Shown piece by piece: positions 29,490 to 39,294 of a stretch of DNA of 64,000 bases. The position numbers were made by a program, and so were the translations under genes. The DNA comes from an uncultured Bacilli bacterium (GTDB taxonomy: Bacteria; Bacillota_I; Bacilli_A; RFN20; CAG-826): NCBI GenBank assembly GCA_934725985.1, contig CAKVCX010000001.1, positions 365,910 through 429,909 of the forward strand. The letters are read 5' to 3'. The notes under the pieces were generated by a model. The model saw only the letters and a program-made list of their open reading frames with translations, made no database searches and was not told where the DNA came from. Positions within the stretch are counted from its first letter, which is position 1; each line of letters begins with the position of its first letter.

Positions 29490-30859
29490 TGAAACAAACA
29501 AGCCAAAAACAAATATTGACTGGAAAATGCTTTGATCTTTCCTTTGAGGGAAAGGGAGTATTTAAAGATGGCAATACCATTGTTTTTGTTGATGGTATGT
29601 TTCCTAACGAAGAAGGGGAAATTGAAATACTTTACAAAAGAAACGGAGCTTTATTTGGAAAAGTAAAAAAACTAACAAAAGTGTCACCGAATAGAATTCA
29701 GCCAAAATGTACAGTTTGTTCATCTTGTGGAGGGTGCTGTTTTCAACAATTAGAATATAAAGCCCAGTTAGAATACAAAACTAATAAAGTAAAAGAGCAA
29801 TTTAAAAAGATTGCCAAAATGGATGTTGATGTAAATCCATGTATCGGCATGGATGACCCTTATTTTTATAGAAACAAAATCCAAATGCCTTTTGGCAAAG
29901 ATAATAAAGGCAATCCTTACTGCGGATTCTATAAAGCCTCTACCCATGTAATTGTTCCAATCGATATTTGTTATATTGAAGACAAGAGATCAGAGCACAT
30001 CCTTTCATCTATAAAATCATTATTAAAATCTTTTAAAATAGAGCCATATAACGAAGATGAAAAATGGGGAATATTAAGACACGTCCTCATTAAAACCTCT
30101 TTCTATAAGAAAGAAATCATGGTTGTGTTGGTAACTGCCATTGATTCTTTTCCTAGTAGGAATAATTTTGTTAAAGCCTTAATAAAACTTTGCCCAGAAA
30201 TTACTACCGTGGTGCAAAACATTAATTCTAGATCTACTAATGTAATATTGGGAGAGAAAGAACATATCCTATATGGAAAAGGATATATTGAGGATTCTTT
30301 ATGTGGGGTTACTTTTCAAATCTCCTCCAAATCTTTTTACCAAACTAATCCCATAATGACAGAAAAGCTATATTCTTACGCGATAGAAAAGGCAAATTTA
30401 AGTAAAAATGAAGTGGCTTTCGACGCTTATTCAGGAATTGGTACAATCGGTTTGATAGCATCAAAGAGTGCAAAAGAAATAATTTCGGTTGAATTAGTTC
30501 CTCAAGCAGTTAAAGACGGAATTAAAAATGCGAAAAAAAATAATATAAATAATTTTAAGATGTATTGTGATGACGCTTCTTCTTTTATGGCTAAAATGGC
30601 CACGAATAATCAAGGCGTGGATGTATTATTTATGGATCCGCCAAGAAAAGGTTCAGATGAAAGGTTCCTAAAGGCCTTATTAAAATTAAAGCCCAAAAAA
30701 ATAGTCTATGTTTCTTGCGATCCGACCACTTTAGCAAGAGATATTTCTTATATCAACCAATCTTACAAAATAGAAGACATTCAGCCTTTTGATATGTTTC
30801 CTCAAACTTTTCATGTTGAGACTGTAGTGTTGCTTTGTCGCAAAAATGGCAAAAAATAG
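29489..30859 (+). CDS. rlmD: 23S rRNA (uracil-C5)-methyltransferase RlmD/RumA family
   Basis: TRAM domain, Fe-S Cys cluster (CTVCSSCGGCC), SAM-MTase motifs (FDAYSGIGTIGL, DPPRKG). TAATG overlap with metG. Confidence 0.85.
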   Translation: MKQTSQKQILTGKCFDLSFEGKGVFKDGNTIVFVDGMFPNEEGEIEILYKRNGALFGKVKKLTKVSPNRIQPKCTVCSSCGGCCFQQLEYKAQLEYKTNKVKEQFKKIAKMDVDVNPCIGMDDPYFYRNKIQMPFGKDNKGNPYCGFYKASTHVIVPIDICYIEDKRSEHILSSIKSLLKSFKIEPYNEDEKWGILRHVLIKTSFYKKEIMVVLVTAIDSFPSRNNFVKALIKLCPEITTVVQNINSRSTNVILGEKEHILYGKGYIEDSLCGVTFQISSKSFYQTNPIMTEKLYSYAIEKANLSKNEVAFDAYSGIGTIGLIASKSAKEIISVELVPQAVKDGIKNAKKNNINNFKMYCDDASSFMAKMATNNQGVDVLFMDPPRKGSDERFLKALLKLKPKKIVYVSCDPTTLARDISYINQSYKIEDIQPFDMFPQTFHVETVVLLCRKNGKK

Positions 30860-31230
30860 CCAAAAATCGATAAAATTTGATGGATTTCCTTCTTCCCAAA
30901 ATGAGGGAAATCCATTTTTTTGTCGAGAAAACCGCCCAAAACCCGGTAAAGCGGTAAAAATATGGCCTTTACTCGTATGGGGAAATAGGTCGACGCTAAA
31001 AATGCACGCCCATCCTACCTCATATCGGCACGAGAATAGGCGACTAGTACCTGTACACAATGGAAGGAACAGGTGAAAAAGCCCGTAATCATTGGCTTTT
31101 TCTGGGAATTCGTGATTTCTTCATTTTTTGCATTTTTCGGATACTGTGCAACCATACACCCAACCCGAAAGATCGTTTTTCGGCCTAAAAAGGGGCAAAA
31201 CAGGGGTATAGTTTGATTGGTATGAGAGTA
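30812..31230. repeat. rlmD-3'end repeat copy A (authentic rlmD end + ~370 bp downstream)
   Basis: catgttgagactgtagtgttgctttgtcgcaaaaatggcaaaaaatagccaaaaat… recurs at 32784 and 39812 with ~80-85% identity over ~400 bp. Confidence 0.7.
30882..30921 (+). terminator. rho-independent terminator of rlmD
   Basis: GGATTTCC…GGAAATCC stem followed by T7. Confidence 0.6.
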
Positions 31231-31315
31231 GGGTTCCCTTTGAACTCACAAAACTACTAAAAATAGTAAAAATGTGAGTTATGCACTATAATATTAGTAT
31301 TAAGGAGGAACATCC

Positions 31316-32560
31316 ATGATTTTTCAAAGGCATATTTCTTCAGCAGTAAGCAGAAGCATTAGCGAGTACCCAATAACCTTGATTACAGGCGCTCGTCAGG
31401 TTGGGAAAACAACGCTGGTTACCATTATTGAAAGAGAACGCGGTTATAAATATGTATCATTTGATGATACTGAGTTGCTTGCCTCTGCGAAGGCGAATCC
31501 AAAAAAGTTTATTAAGGAACATCCTGCACCAATCATTTTCGATGAAGTTCAAAAGGCGAAAGAACTATTCCCAGAAATTGAAGCGATTGTGAACGAAGTG
31601 AGGAGGGAAAGAGGCTCTCAGTCTGCAAACGGCATGTATATCTTGACGGGCTCGCAAAAATTCAATTTGATGAAAGAAATAAGCGAATCGATGTCGGGAA
31701 GGGTATCCATCATTGAAATGCCTCCCTTAAGCCAAGCTGAAATCAGAAATTGGCCTGAACCCGTTTTTTCAGTTGATAATATTAATATGCTTAGTGATTC
31801 GGAAAAACGTTCTTTGAGCGATGAGGATTTGTATCTATCTATAGTCCGTGGGTTTTATCCTGCTCGATGGGAGATTGAGGGAAAGCCAATTGAAAATTAT
31901 TTTTCAAATTACATGAAAACATATTTGGATCGAGATGTCTCTCAGCTAATCGCTTTGAAAGACAAGGTTAAGTTCGAGAATCTATTACGAGTGCTTGCTT
32001 CTTTAACAGGGCAGGAATTTATTCCGGACAACATTGCAAAAACTATAGGTGTCGATAAAAACACAGTCAACGCTTGGATAAATATTGCTATTGCCGGTGA
32101 TATCGTGACTTTGCTATCACCATATTACGAAACTTCAATTAATAAAAGAATTATAAAGCGACATAAGCTTTACTTTAATGACACCGGATTCGCATGCTAT
32201 CTTTTGGGAATCGACTCGCCAAAGGCTCTTCGCCTCTCTTCTTTTAGGGGCTCTTTAGTTGAAACCTATATTCACAATGAAATTAGAAAATCTTATTTAA
32301 ATAACGGCCTGGAAGATAAAAACATGTTTTTCTACCGAGACAATAATCAAAATGAAATAGATTTGATTTTGCTCAGGGATGGCAAGCTGGATTTCGTAGA
32401 ATGCAAATCCGGAAAAAAATTCACGCGCGAAAACGTCAAGGCGTTTTCACAATTGAAGAACACGTCATTCGAAATAGGTGGGCAGTGTATTGTTTGCACT
32501 GCGGAAGAGGCGTACCGAATTTCCTCAAACGTATATGCTTACCCTGTCCGTTGCATATAA
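31316..32560 (+). CDS. AAA-family ATPase with C-terminal DUF4143 domain
   Basis: Walker A GARQVGKTT, Walker B IIFDEVQ, C-terminal DUF4143-like region; GGAGG RBS; ~40% GC. Confidence 0.7.
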   Translation: MIFQRHISSAVSRSISEYPITLITGARQVGKTTLVTIIERERGYKYVSFDDTELLASAKANPKKFIKEHPAPIIFDEVQKAKELFPEIEAIVNEVRRERGSQSANGMYILTGSQKFNLMKEISESMSGRVSIIEMPPLSQAEIRNWPEPVFSVDNINMLSDSEKRSLSDEDLYLSIVRGFYPARWEIEGKPIENYFSNYMKTYLDRDVSQLIALKDKVKFENLLRVLASLTGQEFIPDNIAKTIGVDKNTVNAWINIAIAGDIVTLLSPYYETSINKRIIKRHKLYFNDTGFACYLLGIDSPKALRLSSFRGSLVETYIHNEIRKSYLNNGLEDKNMFFYRDNNQNEIDLILLRDGKLDFVECKSGKKFTRENVKAFSQLKNTSFEIGGQCIVCTAEEAYRISSNVYAYPVRCI

Positions 32561-32783
32561 TCTTTAGGAAGGTGATCGATAAGCTGAATCCGAATCTAAG
32601 ATCCACCGAAGAAAGCGACGGGAAAACAAGGAAATGCGAATTCTACAACCCATCTTGATCCGATGCTTATACAATCTTTGAAACCATTGCACAAATTAAC
32701 GGATTGAAACTGAATCTAGGCTTGGCCAAGCCTTTCGCACTGTGCCTCGTATTGGTGGATTAGTTCTTCGCGTCAAAACTATG

Positions 32784-33200
32784 CATGTTGAGACTGTGGT
32801 GTTGCTTTGTCGCAAAAATGGCAAAAAATAGCCAAAAATCGTGAAAATTTGATGGATTTCCTTCTTTCGAAAATGAGGGGAATCCTCTTTTTTTTGAGAA
32901 AACCGCCCAAAAACCAGGTAAAGCGGTAAAAATATGGCCTTTACTCGTATGGGGAAATAGGTCGACGCTCAAAATGAGCATCCATCCTATGTCGTATCGA
33001 CACGGGAATGGGTGACCATACCTGTACATAATGGATGGAACAGGTCAAAAAGCCCGTAATCATCCGCCTTTTCGGAAATTCATAGTTTCATCGTTTTTGA
33101 TGTTTTCGGAAAACAATGCAACCACACGCTCAACCCGGAAAGCCGATTTCCTGCCTAAAAAGGGGCAAACACGGAGGTGTAGTTTAACCAGAAGCATAAA
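32784..33200. repeat. rlmD-3'end repeat copy B
   Basis: Carries a copy of the last 16 codons of rlmD plus homologous downstream sequence; preceded by the conserved right-end motif cactgtgcctcgtattgg…ttcttcgcg. Confidence 0.7.
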
Positions 33201-33404
33201 ATATGGAATGACATTGAATACCGTGTGTAAGCAAAATAATCATAATGGCTATGCGGCTTTTTGCTTGTCGAGCCCAGCAAGCAATGGTTATCATGTCGAA
33301 TTACGCGAACTTATTGTCACTCCTATTTCCAGTGCCAATCGGTGCCAAAATAGTGCCATTTATGGCATCGGTGTGTTATATTATTGGCGAAAAGTGAAAT
33401 ATCT

Positions 33405-34796
33405 ATGTTGAAAGAACTGATTGCTGAGTGCACCGATTATGACTATAAAGTGTCTGTTGAAACCAAAAAACCAAGAAGCTGGCTAAAAACCGTGTCCGCT
33501 TTTGCTAACGGAGTGGGAGGCTCATTATTCTTTGGTATAAGCGATGAAGGAAATGTTATAGGGCTCAAAAATATAAAAGAAGATTCTGAAAGAATTTCTG
33601 AATTGATTAAGACGCGAGTTGAACCTAGGCCCATATTTGTTTTGATTCCTCATCAAATCGACTCAACGGCGATTTTAGAAATACAAATTCAACCTGGGAC
33701 ATCTACCCCATATTATTATCATTCTGACGGTGTGACCATTGCTTATATTCGTTCCGGCAATGAATCCATAGAAGCCCCCACATATATACTTAATGAATTG
33801 ATACTGAGAGGAACGGGACAGACTTTTGATGGCGTTCTCACAGGCGATTCTTTTTCGGATTATGCTTTTTCGTTTTTGAAATCCAAGTATCTCAAAAAGA
33901 CTCAAACGAGGCTTAATGACCGCGATTTTGTTTCATTTGGATTGATGAAGAACGACCATTTAACTAGAGCCGGTCTTTTGCTTGCTGACGAAAATGAATT
34001 GTTGCAAAGTAGGCTATTTTGCACTAGATGGAATGGCATTAATAAAGTAAACGAAAAAGTGGTCATAGACGATGATGAGATAAGTGGTTCTATCATAAAA
34101 CAGCTCGATGCGGCCTTCGATTTTTACAAAAGAAACACAAAAAGTGCATGGCATAAAGAAGGAGAGGGTACCGTCAATGAACCAGAGTATGACGATATCG
34201 CCATTACGGAAGCCCTTGTTAATGCGATAATCCATCGTGATTATAATATCGTCGGGGCCGAGACGTGTTTAAATATCTATGACGATCGCATTGAAGTCAC
34301 ATCGCCGGGCATGATGTTTTCCGGCAAAAAAATTCCTGAAGTGATTGATTATCCAATGGAATCCATTAGGCGCAATCCCGTTATTGCTGACGTATTCAAT
34401 AGAATGAATTTGATGAACAGAAGAGGATCTGGTCTGTCTAACATCACAAATAGAACAAACGCCCTATTTAGCGATGGCAGAAATCATGTGACCTTCGCTT
34501 CGGAAGACGGTTTTTTTACTGTAAGAATCGAAAACTCCAAATATAAAGGCAACGCGGCAGCGGCAAGTGATAACGGAGAAGCGGTTGCCGATATGAACCG
34601 ATTATTGACGCTAAACGAATATGCTGTTTATTCGAAGTTGAAAACTAACGCGAAGCTTTCTTATGACGAATTATCTAAAGAAGTGGAAATCTCTAGAAGA
34701 ACTGTAGCAAGAGCCATAGCGGCTTTAGTGGAAAAGGGCTATATCAAAAGAGCTGGTTCCGCTAATAAGGGCGGATATTGGATTATTTTAAAATAG
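33405..34796 (+). CDS. AlbA_2 (divergent AAA/Schlafen-like) + HATPase_c-like + wHTH putative DNA-binding regulator
   Basis: N-terminal AlbA_2-type domain (VSAFANGVGGSLFFGI), central ATP-binding-like region (ITEALVNAIIHRDY), C-terminal winged HTH (LSYDELSKEVEISRRTVARAIAALVEKGYI). Confidence 0.55.
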   Translation: MLKELIAECTDYDYKVSVETKKPRSWLKTVSAFANGVGGSLFFGISDEGNVIGLKNIKEDSERISELIKTRVEPRPIFVLIPHQIDSTAILEIQIQPGTSTPYYYHSDGVTIAYIRSGNESIEAPTYILNELILRGTGQTFDGVLTGDSFSDYAFSFLKSKYLKKTQTRLNDRDFVSFGLMKNDHLTRAGLLLADENELLQSRLFCTRWNGINKVNEKVVIDDDEISGSIIKQLDAAFDFYKRNTKSAWHKEGEGTVNEPEYDDIAITEALVNAIIHRDYNIVGAETCLNIYDDRIEVTSPGMMFSGKKIPEVIDYPMESIRRNPVIADVFNRMNLMNRRGSGLSNITNRTNALFSDGRNHVTFASEDGFFTVRIENSKYKGNAAAASDNGEAVADMNRLLTLNEYAVYSKLKTNAKLSYDELSKEVEISRRTVARAIAALVEKGYIKRAGSANKGGYWIILK

Positions 34797-34845
34797 TTTT
34801 TACGGCATATCGCTTTTCTTATATTGGCTAAGCAATCTGCTTTTG

Positions 34846-35000
34846 GGCGGTTGCACAGTTGTGTTTAGACCGTGGTCGATTTATTCCCTCCACACATTAC
34901 CTCGTATTGGCAGGCCTGTTCTTTGCGCCCAATCTGTTCGTGTTGAGACGGTGGTGCAACTGGTTCGGAAATAATGCAATAAATACGGGGCTTTTGGCAA
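34846..35000. repeat. degenerate partial repeat copy (right-end motif + diverged rlmD 3' fragment)
   Basis: ggttgcacag…cctcgtattggcaggcctgttctttgcgcccaatctgttcgtgttgagacggtggtgcaactggttcg matches the motif preceding copies B and C and the first ~30 nt of the repeat. Confidence 0.5.
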
Positions 35001-35370
35001 ATTTGAGAAGAATAGAAAAATGCTAAAATTGCATAATTCTCTGAAATCTAGAAACTCTAAAAACAGCTACTAGACTCGGGAGACATATCGAATAGTGTCT
35101 GAAATACGGCACTTTTTCAATTTCGACCTAAAAGTACCTAAAAACATCGAAAAATGGCCAAAATTCCTGTAGACATGCTGAAAATTTGAAGTATCAAAGC
35201 CAATTATAAAAATAAGAAAAACGAGGCGAGGTGGCCTTGATACTACTAATGCATACAACATTAATAGGGCTAGAATCGTATCAATATGGCTTACCATCGA
35301 ATGCAATGCACTTGTCATTCCGAATATCACATACGCTGATGAAAAATCATTTGGGTATAACCTTGACGGT

Positions 35371-35640
35371 TTGGAGGATTGCGAAATACTCGCTTTTTCT
35401 GTAAAAGGCTCCATAAATGATTATCAACAGCTGACTTTGCTGAAAAAGACACTCTATATGGTCATAAACAGGTTAGCAAAGCTGCATACGATTGTGGTCT
35501 ATAGCGTTTCAATCGACAATGGAAAGGTGTTGGATCTCTTTCAATTTGCTATAGCTAAGGGAATCACAATTTTGATTCCTGACAATCTTCTCAAACTAAG
35601 AAATCTTGCATTAGGAGGCAACAAAAATGGGAAGATATAA
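35371..35640 (+). CDS. hypothetical protein; possible degenerate serine-recombinase/resolvase catalytic-domain remnant
   Basis: …HTIVVYSVSIDNGKVLDLFQFAIAKGITILIP… weakly resembles the C-terminal half of a resolvase catalytic domain. The similarity continues upstream in the same frame without an ATG, so it is probably a remnant. Confidence 0.2.
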   Translation: MEDCEILAFSVKGSINDYQQLTLLKKTLYMVINRLAKLHTIVVYSVSIDNGKVLDLFQFAIAKGITILIPDNLLKLRNLALGGNKNGKI

Positions 35641-35781
35641 GAAAACAGGCCTTTTCTTTGGTACTTCTGGATCCCACCAGTTGTCGTTTGAAAATTATGA
35701 ATATGAGGATAAAGTTAAGGAGCTCGAGAAAAAGACGGATATAACCGAAAAGAATTCGACAAAAACGAATTAAGTTATGAT

Positions 35782-36106
35782 TTGTCAAAATCAAAATTAG
35801 AAAATTATCTTCTTAATATAAATCATTCTGTTGGTGGGTCTAAGGCCAAATTTTTCATAAATGCACTGGCCTATTCGTACGATAAACCAAAACAATTTTT
35901 TGATAATGTTTCGGATGCTATTAATGGGGAAAAAACCAGTCAAAGATACAACAACAAAATATGGTAGAGTTCTCGAATTTCATGAGAGAATAAAAACAAT
36001 GTTTGGAGAATATAAGGAAGTTAATATCATAGTATCAATTCAAAAAGACCATGGAGCAAAAAAATATAGAATAATAACTATTTACCCAGGAAAGAAAGGA
36101 GAGTAA
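35782..36106 (+). pseudogene. DUF6883-like protein, frameshifted at an A-run (~35926-35932)
   Basis: Two overlapping frames together give a DUF6883-like sequence (…HSVGGSKAKFFINALAYS… / …KYGRVLEFHERIKTMFGEYKEVNIIVSIQKDHGAKKYRIITIYP). The frame switch is at gggaaaaaaacc. Confidence 0.4.
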
Positions 36107-36108
36107 TT

Positions 36109-36291
36109 ATGAAATTATATGATATAGTCCAATTAAAAGAACAATTTAATAATTATCCTAAAGGAACGACCGGCGTTATCGTTGAGATTTTCGAAAACGC
36201 CGACGCCTATCTTGAGATTGTAGATGACACCGGAAATGCTATAGATGTCATATACGATGTGCCATTATCAATTTTGGAAAAGAAAAAATAA
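36109..36291 (+). CDS. DUF4926 family small protein (putative partner of DUF6883)
   Basis: 60 aa MKLYDIVQLKEQFNNYPKGTTGVIVEIFENADAYLEIVDDTGNAIDVIYDVPLSIL matches the DUF4926 pattern; GGAG RBS. Confidence 0.55.
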   Translation: MKLYDIVQLKEQFNNYPKGTTGVIVEIFENADAYLEIVDDTGNAIDVIYDVPLSILEKKK

Positions 36292-37183
36292 TAGTAGTAC
36301 TCTAACATAGGATTCGTTGAGAAAATTGGCTCGATGTGTCTTATTATTGTGATTGCAAAGGAAAATAAAAAAGATGACTTTCACATAAATGATGAAGTAA
36401 AATGCCTTTCCATCAGTGATATAGTGTTGATTTTATTGCGATATTGACGACGGAAAGGCGTTTTAGTATGGGTTTTGCTCCGTCAAATGCTATATGATGA
36501 CATTAGAAAACCCTGCCGCAAGACTCTTGTTTCGGGGAGCTGACAGTCCCACAGATTCAAAAAATCGGTGAATAACTGGCGCACAGTTTCGTTTTAGAAT
36601 TTGGAAGAGAGATTGACGTCGTTTACGGCAATCTCACTAATGCCTAGTGCCTTCGCGGCCTCTTTGACTCCCCACAAACTCGGATTCCGCCTTTTTGACA
36701 TCTTCCCAGCTCCCGTAGTACTTTGAAGTGCTATCAATAAATAGACATAGACAGGACGTCCATAGTCACCGTATGGGGGTCAGGTCCGTTCACGTGGACA
36801 TGAGCCTGAACACGGAAGGAGAGCGCATACTTGGTGGAATACAGAACGATTGATCTGTTCCTTTACCCGCTTCCATCCGAGGCGTCCCAGCAAAGGATCA
36901 CGGATGAAATCAACAGGATGAAGGAACGTGGATGGTCTTACGTTGAATCAAAGGTCGTTGATGACTGCAACATCATGCTGATATTCAAAAGATGAATACC
37001 AGCCAAGAAGGATAAGTTCCTCCTTTTTCAATAAACGCTCCACGAAATACAAACAAAACATATTTGCAGGAGCGAACGCCGCAAAATTGATGGCATGGTT
37101 TTCTATTCATCGATTCTTTCTAGAGAATGTGCCTAGAGCATTGATAATTAATGATACATCGGTTACACTAATAAAGGAAATAG

Positions 37184-37801
37184 ATGATACGAATGAATCA
37201 AAATTACAATACGCTGATAAAGATAATTGAGTCTGGGGACGGAAGCATATCCAGGAAAGACGCCATGGCAAATGGTATTCCGCCGGCGACTTTCGCAAGG
37301 TACGTCAGCTCCAATCATCTGGTCAAAATCAGGCGCGGCGTATACGCGAAGGATGGCGCCGTGGACGACCTCTTCCAACTTCAGAGAAGGTATCCGGGGA
37401 TAGTGTATTCTGGTCTGACCGCGCTTTATCTTCTTGGCTTGACCGACAGGATTCCGGATTCGATTGAGTTCACGATCCCGAAAGGATGCCGCGTGAGGAA
37501 GAATAGCATCGGGGTCAACGCCATCTGCCACATCGAGAACAATGCCGAACTCTTTCATTTGGGAAACGTCAACACCCAAACCATGTTCGGAAATGAAGTC
37601 ATTTGTTACTCAAGAGAGAAAATGATAGTTGAGATGATACGGAAGAGGGACGATTACGATTCGGAGCTGTTCCTGAAGGCGGTGAGAACGTTCCTGAAGG
37701 GGAAGGTCAGGGACATGGGTTTCCTCTTCAGATACGCGAGAATGAGGAAAATGGAAGAGAAGGTATATCAAATTCTAGAGGCAATGGATTATGAGGATTA
37801 A
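37184..37801 (+). CDS. AbiEi-family (type IV TA antitoxin-like) DNA-binding protein
   Basis: N-terminal AbiEi_4-type motif (LIKIIESGDGSISRKDAMANGIPPATFARYVSSNHLVKIRRGVYA); ~50% GC. Confidence 0.6.
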   Translation: MIRMNQNYNTLIKIIESGDGSISRKDAMANGIPPATFARYVSSNHLVKIRRGVYAKDGAVDDLFQLQRRYPGIVYSGLTALYLLGLTDRIPDSIEFTIPKGCRVRKNSIGVNAICHIENNAELFHLGNVNTQTMFGNEVICYSREKMIVEMIRKRDDYDSELFLKAVRTFLKGKVRDMGFLFRYARMRKMEEKVYQILEAMDYED

Positions 37802-37967
37802 CAGGGATTCTCTTTCCGCTTCTCCTTATGTAGATATGTTCCTCTTCCAAGGATGAATTATTTATATTGGAGTTAACGTTGCAAATATTTTAAAAATATA
37901 AAAAATTGCCACGTTAACTATTAAATAACAATGCTATGGTATATAATAACAGCACAAGAGGCGAATT

Positions 37968-39197
37968 ATGAAACTCTATAAACGGGAAAAGTATCTGTCA
38001 AAGATGCGCGCGTTCTTCCACGATGACGATCTCATCAAAGTGATAACCGGGATACGCAGATGTGGGAAATCCAGCCTCATGCAAACCATAGCGGAGGAGC
38101 TTAAAAAAGGTGGCGTTGCAGAAAACAACATTATTTATATTGATCTCGACAAACGTGGGTATAAAAACATCCGAAGCGCCGATCAACTAGATTCGTTAAT
38201 CGAATCCGCCGCGCAAGCGAAGGGGATGAAATACCTTTTCATAGACGAGATTCAGAACGTCCAAGGCTTCGAGGAGGTAATCAACGGGTTCAGGTCCGAA
38301 GGCGGCTATTCGATTTTCATAACGGGCTCCAATTCCTATTTGCTCAGTGGAGAGCTCGTGACGAAGCTGACCGGTAGATATCTTGAATTCGAGATGTTCC
38401 CGCTGACATTCGACGAATACGAGGGCATGAAGAGGTTCTATGAGCGCGATATCGATGCCAACGCCGAAATAGAGCTGAATAACTATATTTTGGAAGGCGG
38501 ATTCCCGCGAGCCATTCAAATTGACAGCCTTTTGGACAAGCGTACCTACGTGAAGGGGATCATCAATGAGATCTTCGAAAAAGACATCAAGCGAAGGGTG
38601 AAAATCAAAGACGTTCAATCCTTTGATTTGGTCCGGAATTACATCATCAACAATTTCGGCGCGACGACGAGCATCAACAGCCTGCACGAAGCGCTTCTCA
38701 AAAACGGCATGGCCATCAGCCGCGCGACGGTGACCCGGTATATAAAAACGTTGGTTAATGCGAAGATTCTGTACGAATGCAAAAGGTTCGACATGAAATC
38801 AAAAAAAACACTCTCGGGAGAGCAAAAGTATTACGTCGCCGACCTGAGCTTTTACTACGCGATGAACACAGACAACCGAATTAATTACGGGCCGACGCTG
38901 GAGAACGTCGTGTATTTGTACGCAAGAAGCCTCGATTACGCGGTAAGCGTTGGACGCATCGGAAAGCTGGAATGCGATTTCATCCTCAGAGACGGCAACA
39001 TGGATTATTCCTATGTGCAGGTGGCTTATAAAATACTGCAAAGCAAAGACACGGAAGACAGGGAATATAGGCCGTTGGAGGGTATACGGGACAATTACAG
39101 GAAATACGTCATGACAACGGACTATATGCTGCAGAAGAGAAACGGCATCATCCATGTCAACCTGATGGATTTCATAGGCGGCGGCAAACGCTTTTAA
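37968..39197 (+). CDS. AAA-family ATPase with C-terminal DUF4143 domain
   Basis: Walker A GIRRCGKSS, Walker B LFIDEIQ, DUF4143-like C-terminus; ~52% GC; GAGG RBS. Confidence 0.7.
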   Translation: MKLYKREKYLSKMRAFFHDDDLIKVITGIRRCGKSSLMQTIAEELKKGGVAENNIIYIDLDKRGYKNIRSADQLDSLIESAAQAKGMKYLFIDEIQNVQGFEEVINGFRSEGGYSIFITGSNSYLLSGELVTKLTGRYLEFEMFPLTFDEYEGMKRFYERDIDANAEIELNNYILEGGFPRAIQIDSLLDKRTYVKGIINEIFEKDIKRRVKIKDVQSFDLVRNYIINNFGATTSINSLHEALLKNGMAISRATVTRYIKTLVNAKILYECKRFDMKSKKTLSGEQKYYVADLSFYYAMNTDNRINYGPTLENVVYLYARSLDYAVSVGRIGKLECDFILRDGNMDYSYVQVAYKILQSKDTEDREYRPLEGIRDNYRKYVMTTDYMLQKRNGIIHVNLMDFIGGGKRF

Positions 39198-39294
39198 GCA
39201 AAGTACCAACTCATTAAAATCGTATCCAATGCAGACGTCGCCGTTTAAAAGCGGAATTTGTAGAAATTACTGATGCAATGATTACATTGGACGT

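Noticed and set aside
30731-31076. ORFs 30731-31060(-) and 30846-31076(+) spanning repeat copy A, and their counterparts 32760-33029(-), 33031-33411(+), 39833-40141(-)
   Set aside because: They lie in non-coding repeat sequence. Similar peptides arise only from nucleotide-level repeat identity. Frames are interrupted differently in each copy and they overlap the rlmD terminator.
35627-35776. 49-aa ORF MGRYKKTGLFFGTSGSHQLSFENYEYEDKVKELEKKTDITEKNSTKTN behind a GGAGG RBS
   Set aside because: It has good translation signals but no recognisable domain. It could be a real micro-protein or the N-terminal piece of the decayed DUF6883 gene, so it is not listed as a feature.
37163-39209. Minus-strand ORFs 37163-37579, 38196-38687, 38799-39209 overlapping AbiEi and AAA-ATPase genes
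   Set aside because: The high GC of this insert leaves many stop-free antisense frames. The sense-strand genes have clear Walker motifs and RBSs.
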